Assembly (NCBI GenBank): GCA_008501735.1
Contig: QQUF01000053.1
Coordinates: forward strand, 61,163-125,162
DNA from: Calditrichota bacterium
GTDB taxonomy: Bacteria; CLD3
Direction of reading: 5' to 3'
Length of the DNA stretch: 64,000 nt
This document shows positions 7,144 to 16,583 of the stretch, piece by piece. The position numbers were made by a program, and so were the translations under genes. Positions within the stretch are counted from its first letter, which is position 1. Each line of letters begins with the position of its first letter. Under the pieces are notes generated by a model. It saw only the letters and a program-made list of their open reading frames with translations, was not told the DNA's origin and ran no database searches.

Positions 7144-9693
7144 ATGTCAACGATTAAAAAACAAACATTATCACTAAGCCTTTTACTGGCTTTTTTTACA
7201 AGTTTCGTCAACGGAGCAACAACAACTTACGATTTAAGTGCTGGGGAACGAGACTTGAGAGTGCGTGGTGAGACTGAAAAAGATTTCTTAGGTTCACCAA
7301 GTGCTCAAGAAGCAAAAGGAATTTTTATTGCAGATGTCAATGGAGATGGTTATGGAGATTTAATTTGTGGAGCTCCTGATTATGGCTCAAATGGAAGGGT
7401 TTACATTGCTTTTGGAGCTACATCTTTTAGTGGAGCAAATTACAATCTTTATGGTAGTGGGAAACCTGACGTTGTTATTGAGGGTTCAAGTTCAACAGAT
7501 GAAGTTGGAAGTATGATAGCTTCTGGAGACATTAATGGAGATGGAATTGAAGACCTCATTCTCGGAACTTACAGAGCAGATAGAAATTCTTTAAACCAAA
7601 CTGGTGGAGCTTTAGTTTTTTATGGAACAACAAGTTGGTCCTCGTCAATTGATTTATCTTCAACAACTGCTGACGTGGAGATTTACGGTTCTGAAAATCT
7701 TGAGCAAGTTGGAAAATCTGTTGATGTTGGGGACATTAATGGAGATGGTTACGACGACATAGTTCTTGGGGCTCCAAGAACAAGTCCAGATCCTGACGGA
7801 TTAGGAGCAAGAAATTATGCTGGAGCAGTTTATGCAATTTATGGTGGAACTTCACTTGCTTCTACAATCAACCTTGCGACAACTTCCGCTGACATTGAAA
7901 TTTATGGACACTACTCAGGAACTTCAACAAGTCGAATTGGTGATGTTGTTTGGGTTGGTGATGTAACAGGTGATTCTTACGATGACATTTTTTTCGGCTA
8001 CTATCACGCAGACCATTCAACTTGGTCAAATCCTGGACACAGTGGAATGATTTGGGGAGTTTATGGCTCTGCTTCTCCAAGTTCAACTTATGACATAAAA
8101 AATTCTGACCACGATTTTGTAACTTATGGTTCAACAACAGGAACTTATGGAGTTGGTTACAGAGGAGACATTGGAGATGTAAACAACGACGGTTACGAAG
8201 ACCTTTTGATCTACTGTTCTGATTCACCGACGACAAGTATTGATGTGATTTTCGGAAGTTCTTCCCCAACTTCAGGAGGAATTGAGGTAATTCGCGATGT
8301 AACAATTCAAGTTGGAACAAACACTGGAATGGGCGGAGTTGCTTGTGGAGATTTTAATGGCGACGGGGTTAAAGACATTTTTACAGGAAATCCATTCTCA
8401 AGCCCTGGAGGAAGATTTTGGGCTGGAGCAGGTTACATTTTTTACGGAAGCACAAGCCTTAGTGGAACTTTAACACAAACTTCAGATTGTGATGTAGAAA
8501 TTCAAGGCGACACTGACGGCGATTACTGCGGATTTCAAGTTGCAATGGGAGATGTCAATGGTGATGGAACTGATGACGCATTTTTAAGTGCTCCGAATGC
8601 TGACCCTCCTTCAAGAAGCAATGGCGGAGAAGCTTACTTAATTTTTGGTGAAACTCCATCAACTGCAGCTACAGTAAATATGTCAACCGGTTCGGGAAAT
8701 ACTCCGCCAATTAATTTTGGAACTTCAAATGTAACAATTGATTTTAATGACACTTCTGCTGGGTCGGGAACAGTGAGTTGTGAAATTAATCCTTCTTCTC
8801 CAAGTGGTTCAGGTTTACCGACAAGCGTAATGCCTGTTTGGTGGGATATTTCAACAACGAAAACTGGAACAATAAACAGCACAAGTTTAACATTTCAGTA
8901 CACTGATGCACAGCTTGGCTCTTTGGATGAAAGTAGTTTGATTGTTTACACTCGTGAAACTTCAAGTGATGCTTGGACGACTTTGAGTGGAACAATTAAT
9001 ACAAGTGCTAACACAATCACAGTTTCTACAGACCATTTTTCGGAATGGGGAATTGGTGAAGAAGACGAACCTTTAGCAGTTGAACTAAATTCTTTTGAAG
9101 CAAGGCAAATAAAAAATGGAATTGAGTTAAATTGGGAAACTCAATCTGAAACTGAAAACAAAGGCTTTAGACTTTTACGAGCAGTAGGAAATCCCGAAAA
9201 TTTTGTAAAAATTGCTGACTTTGAATCGCACTCTGAACTCGTTGGGCAAGGGAACAAGGCTTCTCGCACAAATTATAGTTTTGTTAATTTGGAAGTTAAT
9301 TTTGGTGAAATGTATTTCTACAAACTTGTTGACGTTGATTTTGAAGGAACTGAAACTGAACACGAAGCTGTTGAAATTGAGTTTCTAATTAGTAGTGAAA
9401 ATTCAGTTTCAAAACTCGAGTACCAACTTGCACAGAACTTCCCAAACCCTTTTAACCCAAATACAAAAATAGGTTTTACAATTCAAAGAGATAATTTTGT
9501 AACTCTAAAAATTTACAACCTTAAAGGGCAGTTGATTAAAACTTTAGTCGAAACAGATTTGGCAAAAGGTTCTCACCAAATTTCTTGGAATGGAGCAGAC
9601 GAGAATGGGAACTCTGTTGCAAGTGGAAACTACATTTATGAAATCGTTTCTGGCACTTTTAGACAAGCAAAGAAAATGACTTATCTAAAATAA
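7144..9693 (+). CDS. Secreted integrin-alpha/FG-GAP beta-propeller protein with T9SS-type C-terminal sorting domain
   Basis: Signal peptide; repeated (G/A)D(V/I)NGDGYxD..GAP motifs; PLAVELNSF module; QNFPNPFNP...KKMTYLK. Confidence 0.85.
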   Translation: MSTIKKQTLSLSLLLAFFTSFVNGATTTYDLSAGERDLRVRGETEKDFLGSPSAQEAKGIFIADVNGDGYGDLICGAPDYGSNGRVYIAFGATSFSGANYNLYGSGKPDVVIEGSSSTDEVGSMIASGDINGDGIEDLILGTYRADRNSLNQTGGALVFYGTTSWSSSIDLSSTTADVEIYGSENLEQVGKSVDVGDINGDGYDDIVLGAPRTSPDPDGLGARNYAGAVYAIYGGTSLASTINLATTSADIEIYGHYSGTSTSRIGDVVWVGDVTGDSYDDIFFGYYHADHSTWSNPGHSGMIWGVYGSASPSSTYDIKNSDHDFVTYGSTTGTYGVGYRGDIGDVNNDGYEDLLIYCSDSPTTSIDVIFGSSSPTSGGIEVIRDVTIQVGTNTGMGGVACGDFNGDGVKDIFTGNPFSSPGGRFWAGAGYIFYGSTSLSGTLTQTSDCDVEIQGDTDGDYCGFQVAMGDVNGDGTDDAFLSAPNADPPSRSNGGEAYLIFGETPSTAATVNMSTGSGNTPPINFGTSNVTIDFNDTSAGSGTVSCEINPSSPSGSGLPTSVMPVWWDISTTKTGTINSTSLTFQYTDAQLGSLDESSLIVYTRETSSDAWTTLSGTINTSANTITVSTDHFSEWGIGEEDEPLAVELNSFEARQIKNGIELNWETQSETENKGFRLLRAVGNPENFVKIADFESHSELVGQGNKASRTNYSFVNLEVNFGEMYFYKLVDVDFEGTETEHEAVEIEFLISSENSVSKLEYQLAQNFPNPFNPNTKIGFTIQRDNFVTLKIYNLKGQLIKTLVETDLAKGSHQISWNGADENGNSVASGNYIYEIVSGTFRQAKKMTYLK

Positions 9694-9719
9694 ATTCCTT
9701 TCTACTTCCCCATACGAAC

Positions 9720-9753
9720 AAAAGGCAAACCTTTAATTAGGTTTGCCTTTTTT
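9720..9753 (+). terminator. Intrinsic terminator
   Basis: AAAAGGCAAACCT-loop-AGGTTTGCCTTTTTT. Confidence 0.85.
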
Positions 9754-9807
9754 ATTTACAAAATTTAATGACTTAGGACACAATTTTTTAGACAAAGGTT
9801 TGCGAAG

Positions 9808-9902
9808 TAACGTTACTATGGGGACAAAAAAATATTAATAAATCTTTAAGTGGCTTTCTTTGAGTTTAAAAGAAGGTTTTTTCTTTTGGCACAGTTTGTG
9901 GA
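9808..9902 (+). promoter_or_regulatory. Candidate sigma-54 promoter (9887) with upstream activator site (9808-9826)
   Basis: TTTTGGCACAGTTTGTGG; TAACGTTACTATGGGGACA. Confidence 0.5.
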
Positions 9903-9946
9903 ATAAGTAACAATAAAAATACAAACTCAAAACAGGAGATAAAAAA

Positions 9947-11482
9947 ATGTTAGTGAATTTAAGCAGAAGATTAATGATTTTGACTTTAGGTTTGACAGTA
10001 ACTTACCAAGCTTCTCAAGCAGAGACAACAATTACACCTTCAGATAATTATGAAGACAATTACTTTGGTGAAGGGCTTGACATTGACGGAGATTTTATTT
10101 TGTCTGGAGCTTCGTTGGATTCTACAAATGGTGACAATGCTGGAGCAGTTTACTCTTTTGAACGAATCGGAACAAACTGGGTTGAACAAGAGAAATTTGT
10201 TGGTTCTGATACAAATTCTGGCGATTACTTTGGTTGTTCAGTAAAAAAAGATGGAGACTTTGCAATTGTTGGTGCAAGTGGAAAAGATAACTCAACTGGA
10301 GCAGCTTATATTTTTATGAGGAACTCTACGGGGTCTTGGATTGAAGTTGAAAAAATGGAAGGTGAAAATAGTTTAGATGGTTTTGGCTGCGATGTTGCAA
10401 TTTCTGGAAATTATGCGATTGTTGGTGCTTTTGGAGTTAATTCAACTTCCTCAAGTACCACGATGAATTGGAATGGAGCAGTTTACGTTTATGAAAAGAA
10501 AACACCTTTCTTTTGGAAGAAAATCGCAGTTTTAAAACCAACGGCAACAGATGCGACTGCAAAATTTGGAGCAAGTGTTGACATTGACGGGAATAACATC
10601 GTTGTCGGAGCTTGTGGTGAATACTACCTTAAAGGGGCAGTTTATATTTATGAGATAAAAAATGACTCTGTTGATTTAGTAAATAAATTTTATGGTGATT
10701 TAAATAGTTCCTCTTCAATTTATTCACGTTTTGGCTCAGATGTTGAGATAGATGGCGACGTAGTTTTGGCTTCTTCAGCTTCTGAAGAGATTGTTGCAGT
10801 TTTTGAAAAAAAGACTAAAATAAAAAAAGTGATTGTAGGTGATTCAGAAATGCAATTCTTAGATGTTAACTGGGAAACTAAAACTATTTTAACTCCAAAT
10901 AGTTCAGCTAATGACTTTGGAAAATCTATTGCAATTTCTGGTGATAATATTTTTATTGCCTCCAATAGTAATGGGCATTTTTTTAAGAAAGTTGGAACAA
11001 ACTGGGTAGAACAACTTTTACCAATCAACGCGAATTTGCCTAACACTTATAGTAGTTTTGGGAGGAATGTAGCGATTGATGGAGACCACGCAATTAGTAA
11101 TGTTTTAAATGTCTTTTTTTACCCAACTTACTCAGATTCAGAAATTAGAGTTTATCACAAAGGTGCTTACTTTTTTACAAAACCGACTAATGATGAAAAC
11201 ACTCCTAAAGTTTTTTCACTTTCGCAAAATTATCCGAATCCTTTTAACCCTTCTACCAAAATTGATTACGAATTAGAAATTTCAAATTTAGAAAATTCTT
11301 CTATTACAATTTTTAATATTCTTGGTGAAAAGGTCAAAGAGTTTACTTTGAATAAAGAAAAAGGTTCTGTTGTTTGGGATGGAAAAGATTCTTTTGGAAA
11401 TTTGGTTTCTAGTGGTAATTATTTTTACAGACTCACAAGTGGAGATTACAGTCACACGAAAAAAATGACTTTTTTAAAATAG
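9947..11482 (+). CDS. Secreted FG-GAP-repeat beta-propeller protein with C-terminal sorting domain
   Basis: Signal peptide; FGxxVxIxGxxxIVGA...GAVY repeats; QNYPNPFNP...KKMTFLK. Confidence 0.85.
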   Translation: MLVNLSRRLMILTLGLTVTYQASQAETTITPSDNYEDNYFGEGLDIDGDFILSGASLDSTNGDNAGAVYSFERIGTNWVEQEKFVGSDTNSGDYFGCSVKKDGDFAIVGASGKDNSTGAAYIFMRNSTGSWIEVEKMEGENSLDGFGCDVAISGNYAIVGAFGVNSTSSSTTMNWNGAVYVYEKKTPFFWKKIAVLKPTATDATAKFGASVDIDGNNIVVGACGEYYLKGAVYIYEIKNDSVDLVNKFYGDLNSSSSIYSRFGSDVEIDGDVVLASSASEEIVAVFEKKTKIKKVIVGDSEMQFLDVNWETKTILTPNSSANDFGKSIAISGDNIFIASNSNGHFFKKVGTNWVEQLLPINANLPNTYSSFGRNVAIDGDHAISNVLNVFFYPTYSDSEIRVYHKGAYFFTKPTNDENTPKVFSLSQNYPNPFNPSTKIDYELEISNLENSSITIFNILGEKVKEFTLNKEKGSVVWDGKDSFGNLVSSGNYFYRLTSGDYSHTKKMTFLK

Positions 11483-11502
11483 ACTTACTTTCTCGTTAAA
11501 GT

Positions 11503-11539
11503 AAAAAAGGCAAATCCATTTTTAAGATTTGCCTTTTTT
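11503..11539. terminator. Bidirectional terminator between convergent genes
   Basis: AAAAAAGGCAAATC-loop-GATTTGCCTTTTTT. Confidence 0.85.
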
Positions 11540-11543
11540 ATTA

Positions 11544-12488
11544 TTACACTTTTGCTTTCTTACTTTTTGAATCGAAAATCTGCCCGATATGTATTTTATT
11601 TCTTTGTCTTGCGAGTGCAACTTGTTTTGCTCTTTCTCTGCGACTTGCTAATTTTTCTTCATCAATTTCGTCGAAGCAGTGAGGACAGAAAACTCCTTCT
11701 TCGTATTTTTCCGATTTACGTTCTTCAGGGGAATTTGGGTAACCGCAAGAATGACAAAGTTGATACTCACCAATTTCAAGTTGATGCTTGATTCCGACTC
11801 GATTGTCAAAAACAAAACATTCACCTTCCCAAAGGCTTTTTTCTTCTTTCATTTCTTCAAGGTATTTTAAAATTCCGCCTTTAAGGTGGTAAACTTCCTT
11901 AAAGCCTTTTTCGAGCATAAAGGAAGTAGCTTTTTCGCAACGAATTCCACCTGTGCAGAACATCGCAACTTTTTTGTCTTTTTCAGGGTTGAGATTTCTT
12001 TCAACATATTCGGGAAACTCATTGAAAGATTTTGTTTTAGGATTCACAGCATTTTTAAAAGTCCCGACTTGGTATTCAAAATCATTTCTTGTGTCAATCA
12101 AAATGACTTCTGGGTCAGAAATTACTTTATTCCATTCTTCTGGATTCAAGTAAGTTCCAACTTTGTTGTTCGGGTTAATTTCCGGCATTCCAAGATTTAC
12201 GATTTCTTTCTTGAGAAGAACTTTCATTCTTCGGAAAGGGTGTTCATCAATTGCGTAAGATTCTTTGTACTCAAGGTCTTCAAAACGTTTGTCTTCTCGC
12301 AGAAAATTAAGAAATGCTCCAATGCTTTCTCTTCTTCCACTCATTGTAGAATTGATTCCTTCTTTTGCCAAAAGAATTGAACCACGAATATCGTGTTCTA
12401 AGCAGAATTTTTTGAGAGGTTTTCGAAGGGATTCAAAATCAGGAAGGTCAACAAATTTATAAAAAGCTATTACGGTTAATTTTTTCAT
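11544..12488 (-). CDS. trhO: Rhodanese-related tRNA uridine(34) hydroxylase TrhO (probable start at 12488)
   Basis: AFYKF, EGIN, DTRNDFE, FCTGGIRCEKA, HLKGGILKYLE, WEGECFVFD motifs. Confidence 0.92.
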   Translation of the reverse strand: MKKLTVIAFYKFVDLPDFESLRKPLKKFCLEHDIRGSILLAKEGINSTMSGRRESIGAFLNFLREDKRFEDLEYKESYAIDEHPFRRMKVLLKKEIVNLGMPEINPNNKVGTYLNPEEWNKVISDPEVILIDTRNDFEYQVGTFKNAVNPKTKSFNEFPEYVERNLNPEKDKKVAMFCTGGIRCEKATSFMLEKGFKEVYHLKGGILKYLEEMKEEKSLWEGECFVFDNRVGIKHQLEIGEYQLCHSCGYPNSPEERKSEKYEEGVFCPHCFDEIDEEKLASRRERAKQVALARQRNKIHIGQIFDSKSKKAKV

Positions 12489-12670
12489 TTTACACCTAAA
12501 CATTAAAATTTTTCTAAGTTCAAAATTTAATAAAATTAAGGTGTTTAACAAAAGTAATAGATTGCAAAATATTTTACTTTTTCTCCAAATATTTTTTAGA
12601 ATTTTTTAAATTGACATCGTCGTAAAAAACTGAAAAAGCTTCATAAAATGGAAATTCCAAAGGACTCAAA

Positions 12671-15346
12671 ATGAAATTTTTAATTCTACTTTTACTTTTA
12701 ACTTCTCAAGTATTTGCAACTGAATTCTCACAGTTAGAAATTATTCAAGGTTACAAAATTGAAGGTGATAAAACTTACTTTGTCTTTTCTTCGGAGCTTT
12801 ACAAAGTTGATGCAAAAAATGTAACTGTTACGGGAAGTTTTCGAGCTTGGAGTCAAGAAATGAAAGACGAGAATTGGCAGCTGAAAAAGAATGCCTCTAA
12901 CCTTTGGACTTTGGAAGTTGAAAATCCTGACCTTGAAAAAATTCCGCCTTTCGCAGAATTTAAATTCCGAATTAATGAAGGCGATTGGCTTTCTCCACCT
13001 GAAAGTGCAGAAAACACTCAAGGTGGAAATTTGGTTTTTGCACACAAAACAGAACGCCGAACTTTTAAAGCAGAGCTTGTTTCTGAAAATCACATTCGAG
13101 TAATTTTTAGTGGTTACGAGCTTTCCTACTCACCAAAAGACTATAAAATCACTGACTCCAAGGGTGAAGAAATCCGAATCAAAAAAATACTTTACGAAAA
13201 TCAAGGTGAAAGGCATTTGATTCCTGAAAAAGAATTGGACAAAAGACGAGTTTACTACGTTTCTAACACTAAAATTAACAAAAAAGCATTTTGTAATTTT
13301 GATGGTTGGTTCAGAAAAGTTTATTCTGACAAAGAACTTGGAGCAAACTACGATTCCGAAACAGACAAAACTTGGTTCAGAATTTTCGCACCAAGAGCGA
13401 CAGAAGTTGTTCTTTACCTTTACAAAAAACATTTCACAACTGAGCCTTTTAGGGCAGTTCCTATGAAAATGGACGAAAATTGTGTTTGGGAATACTCGGT
13501 AGAAGGAAACTTACACGGAACTTACTACGAGTTTTCAGTTCACGGTTTTGACGAACCCGGAAATAAATTTTATGAAACAACTCACACTCGCATTTCTGAC
13601 CCTTACGCAAGAGTGAATGTCGAAGCATTCGGAAAGAGTAGAGTTTGGAACAAAACAAAACCTGCAACTCCACTCAAAAACGGAATCCCGAAAATGGAAG
13701 ACGTAATCGCTTACGAAGTTCACGTGCAGGATTTTACAACGGCTTTGAACGGACTTGATGACAAGAAAAAAGGAACTTTTGAAGGCTTTGTGGAAACAGG
13801 TTTGAAAAATTCAAAAGGCGAGAAAATCGGTTTCGACTACTTGGTCGATTTGGGAATTAATGTCGTTCACTTGCAACCTGTTCAAGAGTACTTACACTAT
13901 CCCAATAAAATTTGGCGAAAGAATTTTGAGAACGCCCCGTTTTTCATTGAGCGAGGAATTAATCTTGAAAATTATCAATGGGGTTACAGAACTTCTCACG
14001 CTTTTGCTGTCGAGACAAAATTTCGCACAAAAGGCAGTGATTTTGGTGAACAGAACGAACAGTTCCGCGATTTGGTGCAAAAATTTCACGACAAAGGAAT
14101 TGCGGTAATTGTTGATTTTGTTTTCAACCACACAGCCGAAAGAATGGATTTGAGAAATTATTTAATGCACTTCACTGCAATTGACCAACAGTACTACTAC
14201 CGAAACACCGAAGAATTGGATTTTATCGGCGAATACGGAACTGAAACGAAATCCGAAGACAGACCAATGATGGCTCGTTGGATAATTGACCAATGCAAAA
14301 TTTACATCGAAGAATTTGGAATTGACGGTTTCAGAATCGACCTTGCAGGACAAACTGACGAACAGACTTTACGACAGTTAATCTCAGAAATCGGTGAAGA
14401 CAAAATCATTTACGGAGAACCTTGGATTGCTTCTGCTGACCCTGATTACGAATCAAATCCTGATTGGGATTGGTACAAAGCAGATTCGCCGATTACTTTT
14501 TTTCAAGACGATTCACGAAATGCTTTTAAAGGACCAACTTCCAATCCGAAAAGTAAAGAAGCCGACAGAGGTTTTGCAGGTGGAAACGGAGAACGTGAAA
14601 GAGTAAAAATGGCACTTTCTAACAATTTTGCAGAAGACAAAACGATAACTTCAGGAATAAATTATTTGGACATTCACGACAACTGGGCTTTGGCGGACAG
14701 ATTTGCAACAACCGATTGGAACGGAAATCTTGGAGTTGATGAAGACCAATTCAAAATCGCAACAACTTTACTTTTCACCTCTTTAGGTCCGATTGTGATT
14801 CACGGCGGAACAGAAATTATGCGTTCAAAAGGTTCTGCTCCACTAAAAGAAACAACAATCACTTTGAAAGACAACGGAAGCATTCACGAAGGACCACTTT
14901 ACTTTCACGGAAAACGAGACACTTACAATTTACGTCTTGCAAACGAGTTCCAATGGGAGAATGTCGGCAAAACAAAATCCGACGAAGGTTCAAATTGCGA
15001 CTACAAAGGAATGCACGAATTTTGGAAAGGCTTGATTGCTTTGAGGAAAAGTAAGTACGGCGAAGTTTTTAGAATCAACCAAAAAACTCCTGAAAATTAT
15101 TACCGTTGGATTGAGCCTGAAAATTCAAAACTCCTTGGCTACTTTGTCAATGAAAAAGTTTTTGTCCTTTTGAACACCGACAAAAAAGAAGCGGAATTCA
15201 AAGGAATCGAAATTCCAAAAGGAACTTGGAAGCTCGTAGCAACTAACGACAAAGTGAAATTAAACGGAATCTCAAAATTTAAAGGTGGCAAAAAAGCGAA
15301 CTTGAAACTTCGAGGTGAAGGTTTGAAGGTTTGGGTTAAGGAATGA
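12671..15346 (+). CDS. Exported GH13 pullulanase-type glycoside hydrolase
   Basis: Signal peptide; CBM48-like N-terminus; YEVHVQDF, YQWGY, DFVFNH, GIDGFRID, YGEPW, IHDN catalytic motifs. Confidence 0.88.
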   Translation: MKFLILLLLLTSQVFATEFSQLEIIQGYKIEGDKTYFVFSSELYKVDAKNVTVTGSFRAWSQEMKDENWQLKKNASNLWTLEVENPDLEKIPPFAEFKFRINEGDWLSPPESAENTQGGNLVFAHKTERRTFKAELVSENHIRVIFSGYELSYSPKDYKITDSKGEEIRIKKILYENQGERHLIPEKELDKRRVYYVSNTKINKKAFCNFDGWFRKVYSDKELGANYDSETDKTWFRIFAPRATEVVLYLYKKHFTTEPFRAVPMKMDENCVWEYSVEGNLHGTYYEFSVHGFDEPGNKFYETTHTRISDPYARVNVEAFGKSRVWNKTKPATPLKNGIPKMEDVIAYEVHVQDFTTALNGLDDKKKGTFEGFVETGLKNSKGEKIGFDYLVDLGINVVHLQPVQEYLHYPNKIWRKNFENAPFFIERGINLENYQWGYRTSHAFAVETKFRTKGSDFGEQNEQFRDLVQKFHDKGIAVIVDFVFNHTAERMDLRNYLMHFTAIDQQYYYRNTEELDFIGEYGTETKSEDRPMMARWIIDQCKIYIEEFGIDGFRIDLAGQTDEQTLRQLISEIGEDKIIYGEPWIASADPDYESNPDWDWYKADSPITFFQDDSRNAFKGPTSNPKSKEADRGFAGGNGERERVKMALSNNFAEDKTITSGINYLDIHDNWALADRFATTDWNGNLGVDEDQFKIATTLLFTSLGPIVIHGGTEIMRSKGSAPLKETTITLKDNGSIHEGPLYFHGKRDTYNLRLANEFQWENVGKTKSDEGSNCDYKGMHEFWKGLIALRKSKYGEVFRINQKTPENYYRWIEPENSKLLGYFVNEKVFVLLNTDKKEAEFKGIEIPKGTWKLVATNDKVKLNGISKFKGGKKANLKLRGEGLKVWVKE

Positions 15347-15402
15347 CTTAAAAAGAGAAATTTCTTTCTTTGGAAGGGATATTTCTCGGAAGTCAAGAAA
15401 AT

Positions 15403-15448
15403 GTAGCGTAAATAATTTTGAATATTTGTACAAAATTATTTACGCTAC
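15403..15448. repeat. GTAG-bounded 18-bp perfect inverted repeat (REP-like; may also terminate transcription)
   Basis: GTAGCGTAAATAATTTTG-N10-CAAAATTATTTACGCTAC. Confidence 0.7.
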
Positions 15449-15460
15449 TAAATGAATTGT

Positions 15461-15712
15461 TTACTTCTTTGCATTAGTTTTATTAATCTTCGTTTTATAA
15501 AACTCTTTTCTTTTTAGAAGCGAATCATTTGTAAAACTATAGTTCAATTTTTTAAAGTATTGTTTTAGGCATTTATTATGAACTAAATCAATTTTATTCA
15601 AAGGGTCTTCTAAAGAGGGAAGAAATGTAATCTCATAACCTTTCTTCCCACATAAAACACAAATTTTCATTTCGGTTCTCATAATGTCTTCCAATTTAAG
15701 ATTCTTATTCAA
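15461..15712 (-). CDS. Small basic protein with a CxxC...HxxC putative zinc site (start may be ATG 15682)
   Basis: CVLC...VHNKC; directly follows the lipoprotein gene. Confidence 0.45.
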   Translation of the reverse strand: MNKNLKLEDIMRTEMKICVLCGKKGYEITFLPSLEDPLNKIDLVHNKCLKQYFKKLNYSFTNDSLLKRKEFYKTKINKTNAKK

Positions 15713-16337
15713 TCAATCGTTCCCACTTAATAGAACTGTAAATTTGATTTTCTGATGAATAAAATTTTATTTGGCCAAGACTATCTTCTTGAACTCTAAA
15801 CCCTTTAATATTGATACACTGAGAAGTTGTATCATCAATTGAAATCCATTCATCCGACTCATTCAGAACTTGAGCGTTTTCAACATTCAAAATAGGAACT
15901 GAATCGGGATTACTCCAAGTTAATTGAATATTTTCACCAATTGTGATTACGCCATTACATTCAATTTCCATTTCTTCGCCACCAACATCAAATGTCCCTG
16001 ATCTTAAAAAGGATAAATCTCCCCTTAGACCTTTACAATCGTAAGTTCCTGTTCCGTCGGAAATTGATTCCCATTCTCCATTTGAGTTCATTTTTTCAGA
16101 GTTGGTTGCAGAAATAACTTGAATACTTTCCAAATTTTCCCAAATGGATTCTCCACCTGTAAGTGAGATTTCTCTTTCACAAGAAAGTTGGATCCCTGAA
16201 TAATTAATGGGAATTGAGTATTCTTCTGAAGTAATTATTTCATCATTAGAGCAACTGTTAAATATTGCTAACGCTGAAATAAAATAAGTGATTATTAAGC
16301 TTTTTGGGGAAACCCGATTACGTTTGAAATAATACAT
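15705..16337 (-). CDS. Hypothetical lipoprotein
   Basis: Lipobox-like IFNSC; internal repeat NSNGEWESISD / NESDEWISIDD. Confidence 0.65.
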   Translation of the reverse strand: MYYFKRNRVSPKSLIITYFISALAIFNSCSNDEIITSEEYSIPINYSGIQLSCEREISLTGGESIWENLESIQVISATNSEKMNSNGEWESISDGTGTYDCKGLRGDLSFLRSGTFDVGGEEMEIECNGVITIGENIQLTWSNPDSVPILNVENAQVLNESDEWISIDDTTSQCINIKGFRVQEDSLGQIKFYSSENQIYSSIKWERLIE

Positions 16338-16583
16338 TTGTTCTGTCCTTTTGTTTTGTTAGTGACAGCACAAAATTATTTCTACTAAGCCGTTTCTTTA
16401 GAAACAGTAACGTCGAAATTATTGTTTTGGAATTATTCTAAAATCGTTGTTTGAAGGATAAAAATGGAGTTCTACAAAAATTTTATTTAAATTTTTGAGC
16501 TAAAAAAATCCATTTTCAAAATGATAGGAAGAGGTTTTTATTAAGAAAAATCAAAGTTGCTAAAAATATTGCTTTAAAGAAAA

